From contig JBBQSO010000067.1 in the NCBI GenBank assembly GCA_038213805.1, positions 1-29,392 on the forward strand: a stretch of DNA of 29,392 nucleotides, in the 5' to 3' direction. Shown in pieces: positions 21,183-29,392 of the stretch. The notes under the pieces were generated by a model. The model worked only from the letters and a program-made list of their open reading frames with translations, made no database searches and was not told where the DNA came from. This DNA comes from Planctomycetota bacterium (GTDB lineage Bacteria > Planctomycetota > UBA11346). Both the position numbers and the translations under genes were made by a program. Positions within the stretch are counted from its first letter, which is position 1; each line of letters begins with the position of its first letter.

Positions 21183-23113
21183 GCGTCGCCAAATGGCGCA
21201 GCCTGCTCGTGAACTGGCTCCTCGCGCACCCGACCGGGCGCTGGGTGGTGCTGGCCGGCGGCGTCGGCCTGCTCTGTGGCGTCGTCGCCGCGATCTTCGA
21301 GGTCGGCACCGACCTGGTCGGGCGCTGGCTGCTCGAAGGTGTATGCGGCTTGCCTTCGGCCGTTGCCGCGACCCACCCGACGGCGCCGAATCTGGGCGGC
21401 GCGGTCGCGTTGCTGCCGCTGCTCGGCGTGCTTACCGCCGGCGGCCTGCTCGCCGGGCTGGTCATCCAGCACTGGTGCGCCGCGGCGCGCGGCGGCGGCA
21501 CCGGCGTGGCGGTGGAGGCCTTCCACCAGCAGCGCGGCGTGATCCCGCCGGCGATCCCGTGGGCCAAGTTCGCCGCCTCGATCCTCAGCCTGGGCAGCGG
21601 CGGCAGTGGCGGCCGGGAAGGGCCGATCTCGCTGATCGGCGCCGGCATCGGCAGCTGGTTCGGCGGACGCATGCGCCTGACCCCGCGCGACCGGCGCATC
21701 CTGCTCGCGGCCGGCATCGCCGGTGGCATCTCCGCGGTGTTCCACGCGCCGCTGGCCGCAGCGATCTTCGCCGCCGAGGTGCTCTACCTCGGCCCAGACA
21801 TGGAGGCTGACGTCCTCATTCCCGCCTTCATCTCCGCCATCATCGGCTACCTCTCCGGGACCATGGGTGCCGACCTGCTCGGCCCGCTGGTGGGGCTGCC
21901 GGGCGTGGAGGCCTCGACCCTGTTCCAGCCGCCGGCGGTCGCGTTCCACGTCGGAGACTGGATGCAGCTCGCGGGGTTCACCCTGGTCGCGCTGGCGGCG
22001 ACCCTGGCGGCGCGCCTGCTCATCGCGCTGGTGCGGCGCACCGGCGCCGGCTTCACGCGCCTGCCGCTGCCGCTGTGGGTGAAGCCAGGGATCGGCGCGC
22101 TGGCCTCGGGCCTCATCGCCGTCGCGCTCTACCTCGGTTCCGTGCTCGTGCTCGGCGACGCCGCCGAGGCGCGCCTCGCCCTTGGCGTCATTGGCGGCGG
22201 CTACGGGATCCTGCAGTGGCTTTTCGTCAGCGGCGCGAACGGCGCGCAGCACCACCTCGTCATGGCCGTGCTGCTCGCGGTGGTCGCGGTGGGCAAGTCG
22301 GTGACCACCGCACTGACCGCCGGTTCGGGTGGTTCGGTCGGGTTGTTCGGTCCGAGCATCGTCATCGGTGGATGTACCGGTGGCGCCGTCGGCTTCGCCC
22401 TGGCGGGACTGCCCATCGGGCCACCACCGGCGGCCTGCATCCTGATGGGCATGGCCGGCGTGCTCGCCGCCACGCACCGCACACCTGTGGCGGCGCTGCT
22501 GATGGTCTCCGAGATCGCCGGAACCTGGCTGCTGCTGCTGCCGGCGATGTGGGTCAGCGGGCTGGCCTTCCTGCTCACCGGCCAGCGCAGCCTGATCGGT
22601 GGCCAGGTCATCGGCATCCAGGACAGCCCCGCGCACCGCAGCCACCTGCTGCGCGACATCCTCGCGCACACCACCGTGCGCGAACTGCTCGGCACCGGGC
22701 GTGTCTGGGTGGCGATCCCGGCGGGCGCCGGGATCGAGGAATGCCGCACGCTGGTGCTCGGCGCCCACCAGGAGCACTTCCCGGTCATCCGCGACGACGG
22801 GCGCCTGGTCGGCATGATCGATCGTCTCGAGATCGTGCGCCTGGCGCCCGAGCCGCTGCTCCACGGGGTGGTGCTGGCCGCCGATCTCGCCAGCGGCGCA
22901 GGCATGGCCCTGCACCTGGAGGACACCCTGGCCGACGCGCTGCGCCACATCCACCACCAGCGCATGGAGGAACTGCCGGTGGTGGACGGCGCTGGCGGCT
23001 ACCTTGGTATGCTGACCAGCGGCATGGTGATGGAGCACTACCGCGGCGCGATGGAGCGCGCGCATGCGGAGCGTTCCGCAGAGGGTTTCACCCACGATCG
23101 CGGACGGACGTGA
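21179..23113 (+). CDS. ClC-family chloride channel/transporter with C-terminal CBS pair
   Basis: GSGGREGP, AGIAGGISAVFHAPLAAAIFAAE, GGSVGLFGP, GMAGVLAA..TPV; CBS motifs FPVIRDDGRLVGMI and LPVVDGAGGYLGML; ATGA overlap with the antiporter. Confidence 0.93.
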   Translation: MSVAKWRSLLVNWLLAHPTGRWVVLAGGVGLLCGVVAAIFEVGTDLVGRWLLEGVCGLPSAVAATHPTAPNLGGAVALLPLLGVLTAGGLLAGLVIQHWCAAARGGGTGVAVEAFHQQRGVIPPAIPWAKFAASILSLGSGGSGGREGPISLIGAGIGSWFGGRMRLTPRDRRILLAAGIAGGISAVFHAPLAAAIFAAEVLYLGPDMEADVLIPAFISAIIGYLSGTMGADLLGPLVGLPGVEASTLFQPPAVAFHVGDWMQLAGFTLVALAATLAARLLIALVRRTGAGFTRLPLPLWVKPGIGALASGLIAVALYLGSVLVLGDAAEARLALGVIGGGYGILQWLFVSGANGAQHHLVMAVLLAVVAVGKSVTTALTAGSGGSVGLFGPSIVIGGCTGGAVGFALAGLPIGPPPAACILMGMAGVLAATHRTPVAALLMVSEIAGTWLLLLPAMWVSGLAFLLTGQRSLIGGQVIGIQDSPAHRSHLLRDILAHTTVRELLGTGRVWVAIPAGAGIEECRTLVLGAHQEHFPVIRDDGRLVGMIDRLEIVRLAPEPLLHGVVLAADLASGAGMALHLEDTLADALRHIHHQRMEELPVVDGAGGYLGMLTSGMVMEHYRGAMERAHAERSAEGFTHDRGRT

Positions 23114-23131
23114 GCCCATCCTGCGGCAGAG

Positions 23132-23422
23132 TCAGGCGTCGGGCGCACCGCGGCGCGGCAGGTTCTTGTCGACGATCGCCCAGATGATGAGCAGGAAGGC
23201 CGCGAGGCGCGGCAGGTAGAAGTAGGCCCTCTCCCCCGATATCTGCCACAGGCTGACCATCGCGTGGTTGCCGGCCATGAGCAGGAAGGCGACCGCGAAG
23301 AGCAGGAACAGGCGGTCGCGGGTGCGCCGCCAGAAGCGCAGGAAGAACAGCGCAGCGCACAGGAAGCCCAGTACGACCGCACCTTCCATGAACATGGCGG
23401 TGGTGATGAACGGGTCAGTCAT
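23132..23422 (-). CDS. Small 3-TM membrane protein, DUF5985-like
   Basis: ALFFLRFWRRTRDRLFLLFAVAF..YLPRLAAFLLIIWAIVDKN; strong GGAGGAG RBS; overlaps upstream paralog. Confidence 0.85.
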   Translation of the reverse strand: MTDPFITTAMFMEGAVVLGFLCAALFFLRFWRRTRDRLFLLFAVAFLLMAGNHAMVSLWQISGERAYFYLPRLAAFLLIIWAIVDKNLPRRGAPDA

Positions 23423-23678
23423 GGCTCCTCCAGATCAGCCCGACGAGCAGCACTAGGACGCTGCCCAGCGCCAGCGCGTCGCGGATCAGACGCAGGTCGG
23501 TGCCGGGCAGGACGATCATGTCGATGAACAGCACACCGTTGGTCAGGGCCAGACCGGCGAAACACCAGGCGCTCCACATCAGCAGCGCCGCGCGCGTCCG
23601 CCGGTAGCCCCGCCAGAGCAGCGCTGCGCAGGCCGTAGAGGTCACCGCACAGAGCAGGTACACGAGGTAGGCCATCAT
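23415..23678 (-). CDS. Small 3-TM membrane protein, DUF5985-like
   Basis: VYLLCAVTSTACAALLWRGYRRTR..LLMWSAWCF..N..LFID..P..DL..R..LIW; ATGA overlap with upstream gene. Confidence 0.85.
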   Translation of the reverse strand: MMAYLVYLLCAVTSTACAALLWRGYRRTRAALLMWSAWCFAGLALTNGVLFIDMIVLPGTDLRLIRDALALGSVLVLLVGLIWRSHD

Positions 23679-24070
23679 CGCGGTTCATCCTTTCGCAGAC
23701 GGAAGGCGTCGGAGAACGAGCGCAGCGGGTCGTGGGGCTTCTCGTAGATCAAAGTGATCATGGCGATGCGCCGCTGGCGGTAGGCCAGGACCACCGCGTG
23801 CAGCGCTTCGGCAAGCGCGGTGGTCGCCGGAGCGTAGGCGATGTTCGGCGATCCGACCCCGGGGAAAGGGGCGATGATGCCGAGCGCGGCGAAGCCGGAG
23901 GCGCGGCGGATGATCGATCCCGGTGTCGAGCCCAGTTCTTTCGCGAGCGCCTCGGGCGTCCAACCCTGATCGGGTCGCGCATGCAGCACCATCAGCAGTT
24001 CGAGTTCCTCGACCGATGAGAACGAGGTCTGGACGAAGGTTGCGACCTCGCTGGGGATGCCCGGATTCAT
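23675..24070 (-). CDS. Conserved hypothetical soluble protein, winged-helix-like
   Basis: FVQTSFSSVEELELLMVL..WTPEALAKELGST..YRQRRIAMITLIY..LRSFSDAFRL, a pattern I recall preceding DUF5985 pairs; translationally coupled to them. Confidence 0.8.
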   Translation of the reverse strand: MNPGIPSEVATFVQTSFSSVEELELLMVLHARPDQGWTPEALAKELGSTPGSIIRRASGFAALGIIAPFPGVGSPNIAYAPATTALAEALHAVVLAYRQRRIAMITLIYEKPHDPLRSFSDAFRLRKDEPR

Positions 24071-24529
24071 GGAATCTGCGCCGGGATCGGAGGCTTGGGC
24101 TGCGCTGATGCTCCGCTAGGACGGGCGATGATTCTCACGCCCGTAGTTTTCCAACCAATGACTTTTCCGCAAATCAAAATCTCCGTGAAAGCCAACTTCT
24201 CCGCTCCAGGGGAACCGGGCTACTTCGACTCGGCATTCAGCTGTTCTCACCACGCGAAGGAAGCTGTTGGCTTGGTCGCCGCACCCTGCGTCGTTCGGCG
24301 GTCGAGTTGACGGATGAGCCCATCATGCCGGAACACGTCAACTGCAGGCGTCGCGTTTAACTCGATCCCCAAGGAGGCTCGAAGCGACAGCGGCATTGCC
24401 GCTCCGCCTGGCGGGGCTGCGGTCAGGGCTGATCCTATCGGGTCCAGCACTGAGGAAGGCGCAGGCTTCCTGGATCGGACACCGATCATGGTCGAACCGC
24501 AGCGCCGCTGCGGGCTGGAGTCTACGCCG

Positions 24530-25060
24530 CTAGCCTTTGCGCAGGCACACCTCCAGCGACAGCCCGCCCAGGGGCGAGCCAAACTTGACGACCACGCAGG
24601 GCACGCCACGGGTGGGCATGGTGATGTAGTTGCGCCCGGCGACCACGCGCGGCAGGCCGATGTCGAACGAATAGCCCTTGGTGCGCAGGCGGTTCTTGGC
24701 GTCGCCGGCGATGATGTTGGTCAGTTCGCCGACGCCGTCGATGACGTCCGAAGTCAGCGTCTGGTAGGCGGCGCCGGTGAATTTTCCGACCACGTTGCGG
24801 GCGGTGTCCTCATTGAGGTTGAGCACCACCGAGCCCGCTGCCTCGCCGGCCAGGCCGATGATGCCGCTGACGCCGAAGTTCTCGTCGCCCTCGGTCTTGA
24901 GCATGACCTTCTCGCGCACTGGTGACTCGCCGACCATGGTCGAGAAGGTGCTGACCACCGCCTCGATGAAGAAATTTATGTAGTCGACGTTGAGAGCCGC
25001 CTTAGGCGCGGCGGCCCTGGGCGGGGTGGCGGGGGGACGGGCGGGATTGATGCTGCTCAT
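24530..25060 (-). CDS. cheX: CheX-family CheY-P phosphatase
   Basis: YINFFIEAVVSTFSTM, GVSGIIGLAG..GSVVL, E-x-x-N motif in DGVGELTNIIAG, IGLPRVVAG. Confidence 0.92.
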   Translation of the reverse strand: MSSINPARPPATPPRAAAPKAALNVDYINFFIEAVVSTFSTMVGESPVREKVMLKTEGDENFGVSGIIGLAGEAAGSVVLNLNEDTARNVVGKFTGAAYQTLTSDVIDGVGELTNIIAGDAKNRLRTKGYSFDIGLPRVVAGRNYITMPTRGVPCVVVKFGSPLGGLSLEVCLRKG

Positions 25061-25428
25061 GCCAGGACCTTGCTCAATTTCTCTTTGAAGCGCTCGGGGG
25101 TGAAGGGTTTGACCAGGTAGTGGTTCGCGCCCGCCAGGACTGCCTCCTTGACCTTGTCGGGCGAGTCTTCAGTGGTGATCATGATGATCGTCGCCAGCTT
25201 CGCCGGATCGCACTTGCGGATCTCGCGCACCAGGGTGATGCCGTCCATGATCGGCATGTTCCAGTCGGAGAGCACGACGTCGATGCCGCCGCCCTTGAAC
25301 TTCTCAAGCGCGTCCTGACCGTTGGGGGACTCGAGGATGTTCACCACCAGGCCGGCGGCCGTGAGGTTGTGGATGACGACCTTGCGCATCATCGCCGAAT
25401 CGTCGACGACCAGGACGGTCTTGGGCAT
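25057..25428 (-). CDS. cheY: CheY-like single-domain response regulator (123 aa)
   Basis: MPKTVLVVDDSAMMRKVV..LSDWNMP..MITTE..YLVKPF; GGAG RBS; ATGA overlap with cheX. Only the last 123 codons of the 886-aa ORF in the track are real. Confidence 0.92.
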   Translation of the reverse strand: MPKTVLVVDDSAMMRKVVIHNLTAAGLVVNILESPNGQDALEKFKGGGIDVVLSDWNMPIMDGITLVREIRKCDPAKLATIIMITTEDSPDKVKEAVLAGANHYLVKPFTPERFKEKLSKVLA

Positions 25429-25474
25429 GGGGGTCTCCAGGGTGGGCGGCCCGGGCGGTCCGCTGACCGGGAGT

Positions 25475-25490
25475 TGCACGCCGCGTGCCA
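25475..25490 (-). promoter_or_regulatory. Sigma-54 (-24/-12) promoter for cheY-cheX
   Basis: Minus strand TGGCACGCGGCGTGCA fits TGGCACG-N4-TTGCW with correct GG/GC spacing and one mismatch, ending 46 nt upstream of the cheY start codon. Confidence 0.7.
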
Positions 25491-25752
25491 GCGAGGCGAT
25501 CTTGCAATCGCCCTTTCCGGACAATGCTTTACCGGGTCTGGTCTGCGGCAGCGTGACGCCCAACGCCAACTGTTGGGCGGCCCGGCCCAAGGATTGTGGT
25601 GGCGGTGGTCCCGGCCCGGCCGGGAGAACGGAGCGTAGCGCGGTGAGTCTCCATCCGGCACCGTCCACAGCGCTGCGGCAGGGCATGACGCGGGGGGAGC
25701 GCGGCACGCAAAGCAGCGGGCGCGCGCCGCTGTGGGTTGCGGGTGGCAGCCG

Positions 25753-27939
25753 ATGAGCGCCGTGACCGGCAGCGCGGGTCCGCAGCGCGCGCCCGGCGCG
25801 AGCGCGCCGCTTGACATCGACCTGCGCGAGAGCATCGCCCGCCAGCTGATGGGCGTGACCCTGCCGATCGGCCTGGTTGCTTGCACGATCGCCATCGTCG
25901 TCTCGCTGGTGAGCATGCCCGGCGACCACCAGCGCCTGGTGTCCCTCGCCGTGTGCGTCGCCGCGCTGGTGCTTGCCGCGCTGGTGGCGCGCCGCGGCCG
26001 CGCCCGCCTCGGGGTGACCATCGTGGTCGCGGGCCTCGCGGCCGGCATCCTCCACGGCATGTACTTCAACGTCGGCGTGCACGGTCCGGGCTTCGCCGGC
26101 GTGGTCGCGCTGGTCATCCCGGTGGTGGTGGTGCACGGGCTCGGTCCGGCGCTGACCTTCATCGCCCTGATCACGGTGGCCAGCGGCGTAGCCATGGCCG
26201 GTGAGCGCGGCGGCTGGCTGCCCCCGCCCAACGCCACGCCGGGGCTGCCGGTGTGGGTCATGATGGTGATCTGGATGGTCGTGGCGCTGACCTTCTGCAT
26301 CATCCCGGTGCGGCGCATGCGCCAGGCCCTGGAGGAGCGCGACGCCGAGATCGTGGCGCGTCGCGTCATCGAGGACGAGCTGGCGCGCCACCGCGAGCGC
26401 CTCGAGGAGGTGGTCGCGCAACGCACCGCCGCGCTGGCCGCGGCCACCAGCGCCGCCGAGGCGCTGTCGCGGGTCGCCGACGCGGAGCGCGCCAAGGCGG
26501 TCGCCGCGCTCGCCGAGGCGCAGCGCATGGAGTCCTCGCTGCAGGCCGCCAAGGAGGCCGCCGACCGCGCCAACCGCGCCAAGAGCGACTTCCTGTCGAG
26601 CATGTCGCACGAGATCCGCACGCCGCTCAACGCGGTCCTGGGCTACGCCCAGCTGCTCGGCCGCGACCAGGGCCTCGACGCGGGGCAGCGCAAGGCGGTG
26701 GCGGTGATCACCAGTTCCGGTGCGCACCTGCTCGAGCTGATCACCGACATCCTTGAGATGTCGCGCATCGAGGCGGGGCGCAGCACCTGCGACGCCAGCG
26801 AGGGCGACCTCCACGCCCTGCTCGATAACCTGCGCAGCCTGTTTCTGATGCGCGCCCAGGACGCGGGCCTGGAACTGGTCCTGTCGTTCGATCCTGATCT
26901 GCCGCGCTTCGTGCGCACCGACCAGCGCAAGCTGCGCCAGGTGCTGGTCAACCTGCTCGCCAACGCGCTCAAGTTCACCAGTCGCGGCGGCGTCACCATC
27001 GCGGCGTCGCTGCGCGGGGAGCGCCTGATCCTGGCGGTGCGCGACACCGGCTGCGGCATCGCCGCCGCGGAGCAGGCGCAGCTCTTCCAGCCCTTCAGCC
27101 AGACCACGTCGGGGAAGCTGCGCGGCGACGGCACCGGGCTCGGCCTGGCGCTCAGCCAGGGCTTCGCGCGCATCCTCGGTGGGGGCCTGTCGGTGGTCAG
27201 CGCGCCCGGCGCGGGCTCGACCTTCACCCTCGACATCCCGGTGACGGTGGCGGCCGGCGCCGCGCCCGTCCCGGCGGCGCGCCGCCAGATCATCGGCCTG
27301 GCGCCCGGCCAGCGTCCACCGCAGATCCTGATCGCCGAGGACCACACCGGCAGTCGCGAGGCGCTCGCCGACCTGATGACGGCCGGCGGCTGCGCGGTGC
27401 GGGCGGTCGGCGACGGCGCGGCCGCGGTGGCCTGCTGCGCCGAGCAGCGCCCCGACTTGGTGTGGATGGACATCGACCTGCCGGTGCTCGACGGCCTGGC
27501 GGCCGTGCAGGCGATCCGCGCGCAGCCAGCGGCGCCGCCGGTGCTGGTGGCGCTGACCGCGGCGGCATTCGCTGACGACGTCGCGCGCCTGCGCGCCGCC
27601 GGCTGCGACGCGGTGGTGCACAAGCCCTACCGCGAGGACGAGCTGTTCTCGCTCATGGAGCGGCTGCTCGGCGTGCGCTTCGCGTGGCGCGAGCCGGCGC
27701 CCGTGGAGCCGCCGCACACGTACGACGAGGAATCCCTGCGCCGCGGGCTGGCGGCGCTGCCGGCGGCGGCGCGCGCCGGGATGCGCGAGGCGGTGGTGAC
27801 CGGCGACCTCGCCGCGATCTCCGCGCAGAGCGCCGCCTGGGCGGACCAGCAGGTCGGCGCGGGCGTGCGCGCCCTGGCCGACGCCTTCGCCCTGGAGCGC
27901 CTGCAGCGCCTGATCGCCGGCAGCGAGGAGCGCCCATGA
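25753..27939 (+). CDS. Membrane-bound hybrid sensor kinase (multi-TM input, coiled coil, HisKA-HATPase-REC, helical tail)
   Basis: Several N-terminal TM helices; FLSSMSHEIRTPLN; NLLANALKFT; GTGLGL; receiver IAED..WMDIDLP..VHKPY. Confidence 0.92.
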   Translation: MSAVTGSAGPQRAPGASAPLDIDLRESIARQLMGVTLPIGLVACTIAIVVSLVSMPGDHQRLVSLAVCVAALVLAALVARRGRARLGVTIVVAGLAAGILHGMYFNVGVHGPGFAGVVALVIPVVVVHGLGPALTFIALITVASGVAMAGERGGWLPPPNATPGLPVWVMMVIWMVVALTFCIIPVRRMRQALEERDAEIVARRVIEDELARHRERLEEVVAQRTAALAAATSAAEALSRVADAERAKAVAALAEAQRMESSLQAAKEAADRANRAKSDFLSSMSHEIRTPLNAVLGYAQLLGRDQGLDAGQRKAVAVITSSGAHLLELITDILEMSRIEAGRSTCDASEGDLHALLDNLRSLFLMRAQDAGLELVLSFDPDLPRFVRTDQRKLRQVLVNLLANALKFTSRGGVTIAASLRGERLILAVRDTGCGIAAAEQAQLFQPFSQTTSGKLRGDGTGLGLALSQGFARILGGGLSVVSAPGAGSTFTLDIPVTVAAGAAPVPAARRQIIGLAPGQRPPQILIAEDHTGSREALADLMTAGGCAVRAVGDGAAAVACCAEQRPDLVWMDIDLPVLDGLAAVQAIRAQPAAPPVLVALTAAAFADDVARLRAAGCDAVVHKPYREDELFSLMERLLGVRFAWREPAPVEPPHTYDEESLRRGLAALPAAARAGMREAVVTGDLAAISAQSAAWADQQVGAGVRALADAFALERLQRLIAGSEERP

Positions 27940-29392
27940 CCAGCGGTGGCGAGATCCTGCTCGTCGACGACACCCCCGAGAACCTGCGCGTGCTCGGCGA
28001 CCTGCTGCGCGGGCACGGGCTGACCGTGCGCGTCGCCTCGAGCGGGGCGATGGCGCTGCGCTCGGTGCAGGCGCGCCCGCCCGACCTCATCCTGCTCGAC
28101 ATCCGTATGCCCGAGATGGACGGTTTCGAGACCTGCCGGCAGCTGCGCCGCACGCCGGGAGTGGTCGGCGTGCCGATCCTCTTCCTGAGCGCCAGCGACG
28201 CGGTCGCCGACCGCGTCGAGTCGTTCCGCGTCGGCGGCGAGGACTTCATCAGCAAGCCCTTCCAGAGCGAGGAGGTGCTGGCGCGCGTCACCACCCACCT
28301 CGCCCTGGCGCGCGCGCGCCGCGAACTCGACCTGGCCAATGACCGCCTCGCCGGGCAGGTGGTCGCTGAAGCGCACCTGCGCAGCGCTGCCGAGACCGTG
28401 GCCGCCGACCGCCAGGTGCGCCTCGACCTCAGCCTGGCCGCGGCCAACATGGGCATCTGGGAGGTCGACCGCGAGAGCGGCCTGCTTGGTGCCGATGGGC
28501 GCGCGCGGCAGATCCTTGGCCTGCCGCCCGGCCACCGGCCGCAGTGGCGCGACGTGCTGGCGGTCATCGCCGGGAGCGGCGCCGATGGCGGCAGCAAGCG
28601 CTGGACGCGCGCAGCGGCGGGCCAGGAGCTCCACGACGTGGAAGGCTGGTGGACGCTGCCGGACACGGCCGCCGCCACGCCCGCTGAGGCCCGTCGGCGC
28701 CGCATCCGCCTGCGTGGTCGCCGCCTCACCGAGCCGGCGGCGGCGCCCGGGAAGTTGGTCGGGGTGATCTGGGACGTCACCGAGGAACACCAGCTGCGCG
28801 AGCGCCTCAACCAGGGCGAGCGCCTCGAGGCCCTCGGCCTGCTCGCCGGTGGGGTCGCACACGACTTCAACAATCAGCTGGCGGTGATCCTCGGCGAACT
28901 CGAGATCATCGAGCTGGCCGGCCTCGCGGTGCCCGAGGCGCGGCTGCACCTCGACACCATCACGGCGGCGGCCGAATCCTCGGGCGCGCTGATCCGCGAC
29001 CTGCTCGCCTTCGCCCGCCGCCGCGACATGGTGCGCGCACCGCTCGACCTCGCCACGCTGGTGCGCGGCGCGGCGCGCATCGCCGCGCGCTCGCTGGGCT
29101 CGGCGATCCGCATCGCCGCCAGCGCGCCCGAGGCCCCGCTGTGGGTGTCGGGCAATGCGGGGCAGCTCGAGAACGCCATCCTCAACCTCTGCATCAACGC
29201 GCGCGACGCCATGCCGGAGGGGGGCGAGCTGCGTCTGGAGCTGGCTGTGGACGCGGCCGACCACGCGCACTGCGAGGCCTGCAACCAGGAATTCTCCGGG
29301 ACCTTCGCGGTGCTCACCGTGGCCGATACCGGCAGCGGCATCCCCGCGGACGTCCGTGGTCGCATCTTCGAACCCTTCTTCACCACCAAGCC
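27936..29392 (+). CDS. REC-PAS-like-HisKA-HATPase hybrid kinase, 3' truncated by the window edge (absent from the ORF track)
   Basis: Translated by hand: MTSGGEILLVDDTPENL..LLDIRMPEMDG..ISKPF..AANMGIWE..WDVTEE..LAGGVAHDFNN..NLCINARDAM..DTGSGI..IFEPFFTTK; ATGA overlap with the upstream kinase. Confidence 0.93.
   Translation, partial: MTSGGEILLVDDTPENLRVLGDLLRGHGLTVRVASSGAMALRSVQARPPDLILLDIRMPEMDGFETCRQLRRTPGVVGVPILFLSASDAVADRVESFRVGGEDFISKPFQSEEVLARVTTHLALARARRELDLANDRLAGQVVAEAHLRSAAETVAADRQVRLDLSLAAANMGIWEVDRESGLLGADGRARQILGLPPGHRPQWRDVLAVIAGSGADGGSKRWTRAAAGQELHDVEGWWTLPDTAAATPAEARRRRIRLRGRRLTEPAAAPGKLVGVIWDVTEEHQLRERLNQGERLEALGLLAGGVAHDFNNQLAVILGELEIIELAGLAVPEARLHLDTITAAAESSGALIRDLLAFARRRDMVRAPLDLATLVRGAARIAARSLGSAIRIAASAPEAPLWVSGNAGQLENAILNLCINARDAMPEGGELRLELAVDAADHAHCEACNQEFSGTFAVLTVADTGSGIPADVRGRIFEPFFTTK

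Noticed and set aside
21179..23113. Fluoride-specific ClC-F
   Set aside because: Has GREGP and GLFGP rather than GREGT and GEVTP; no fluoride riboswitch seen.
24209..24370. tmRNA, SRP, 6S or c-di-AMP riboswitch assignment (GGGG..TTCGAC, GAAGGAAGC, CAGCT fragments)
   Set aside because: No tRNA-like 3' end or tag ORF, no complete SRP helix 8, and ydaO elements are in the wrong order; left unassigned.
15981..27717. Long antisense or alternate-frame ORFs (e.g. 15981-18005, 21119-23119, most of 25057-27717; also 2141-3913, 8800-10503, 27627-29270)
   Set aside because: Shadow ORFs typical of high-GC DNA, opposite genes with clear family motifs; Arg/Gly/Ala-rich with no recognisable domains.

Overview
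High-GC bacterial window, probably from the Planctomycetota/PVC group (inferred from the ECF sigma/FecR type, the HUH transposase type and a Rhodopirellula-1-like hairpin; not verified by search). Left to right: (1) a RAYT-like Y1 HUH transposase, followed by a hairpin-rich spacer and a chromate-transporter remnant; (2) three tandem hybrid sensor kinases, one with two complete kinase modules and one with 7 PAS + GAF; (3) a decayed kinase/receiver remnant; (4) a three-gene ECF module (small secreted beta-rich protein, ECF sigma, FecR-type anti-sigma); (5) an EctR/CosR-like MarR regulator heading a putative osmostress operon: PP2C-like pseudophosphatase, OtsA fused to an apparently dead phosphatase domain, intact OtsB, cation:proton antiporter and a ClC-CBS protein with an atypical filter; (6) a minus-strand wHTH-like + two DUF5985-like membrane protein trio; (7) an orphan cheY-cheX pair with a sigma-54-type promoter; (8) two more hybrid kinases, the last running off the window end. 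The most striking observation is in module 4: the extracytoplasmic C-terminal domain of the anti-sigma is an ungapped copy (31/67 identical residues, counted by hand) of the secreted protein encoded first in the same operon, suggesting a self-referential sensing circuit. Family names come from motif recognition and memory; no searches or folding were run.
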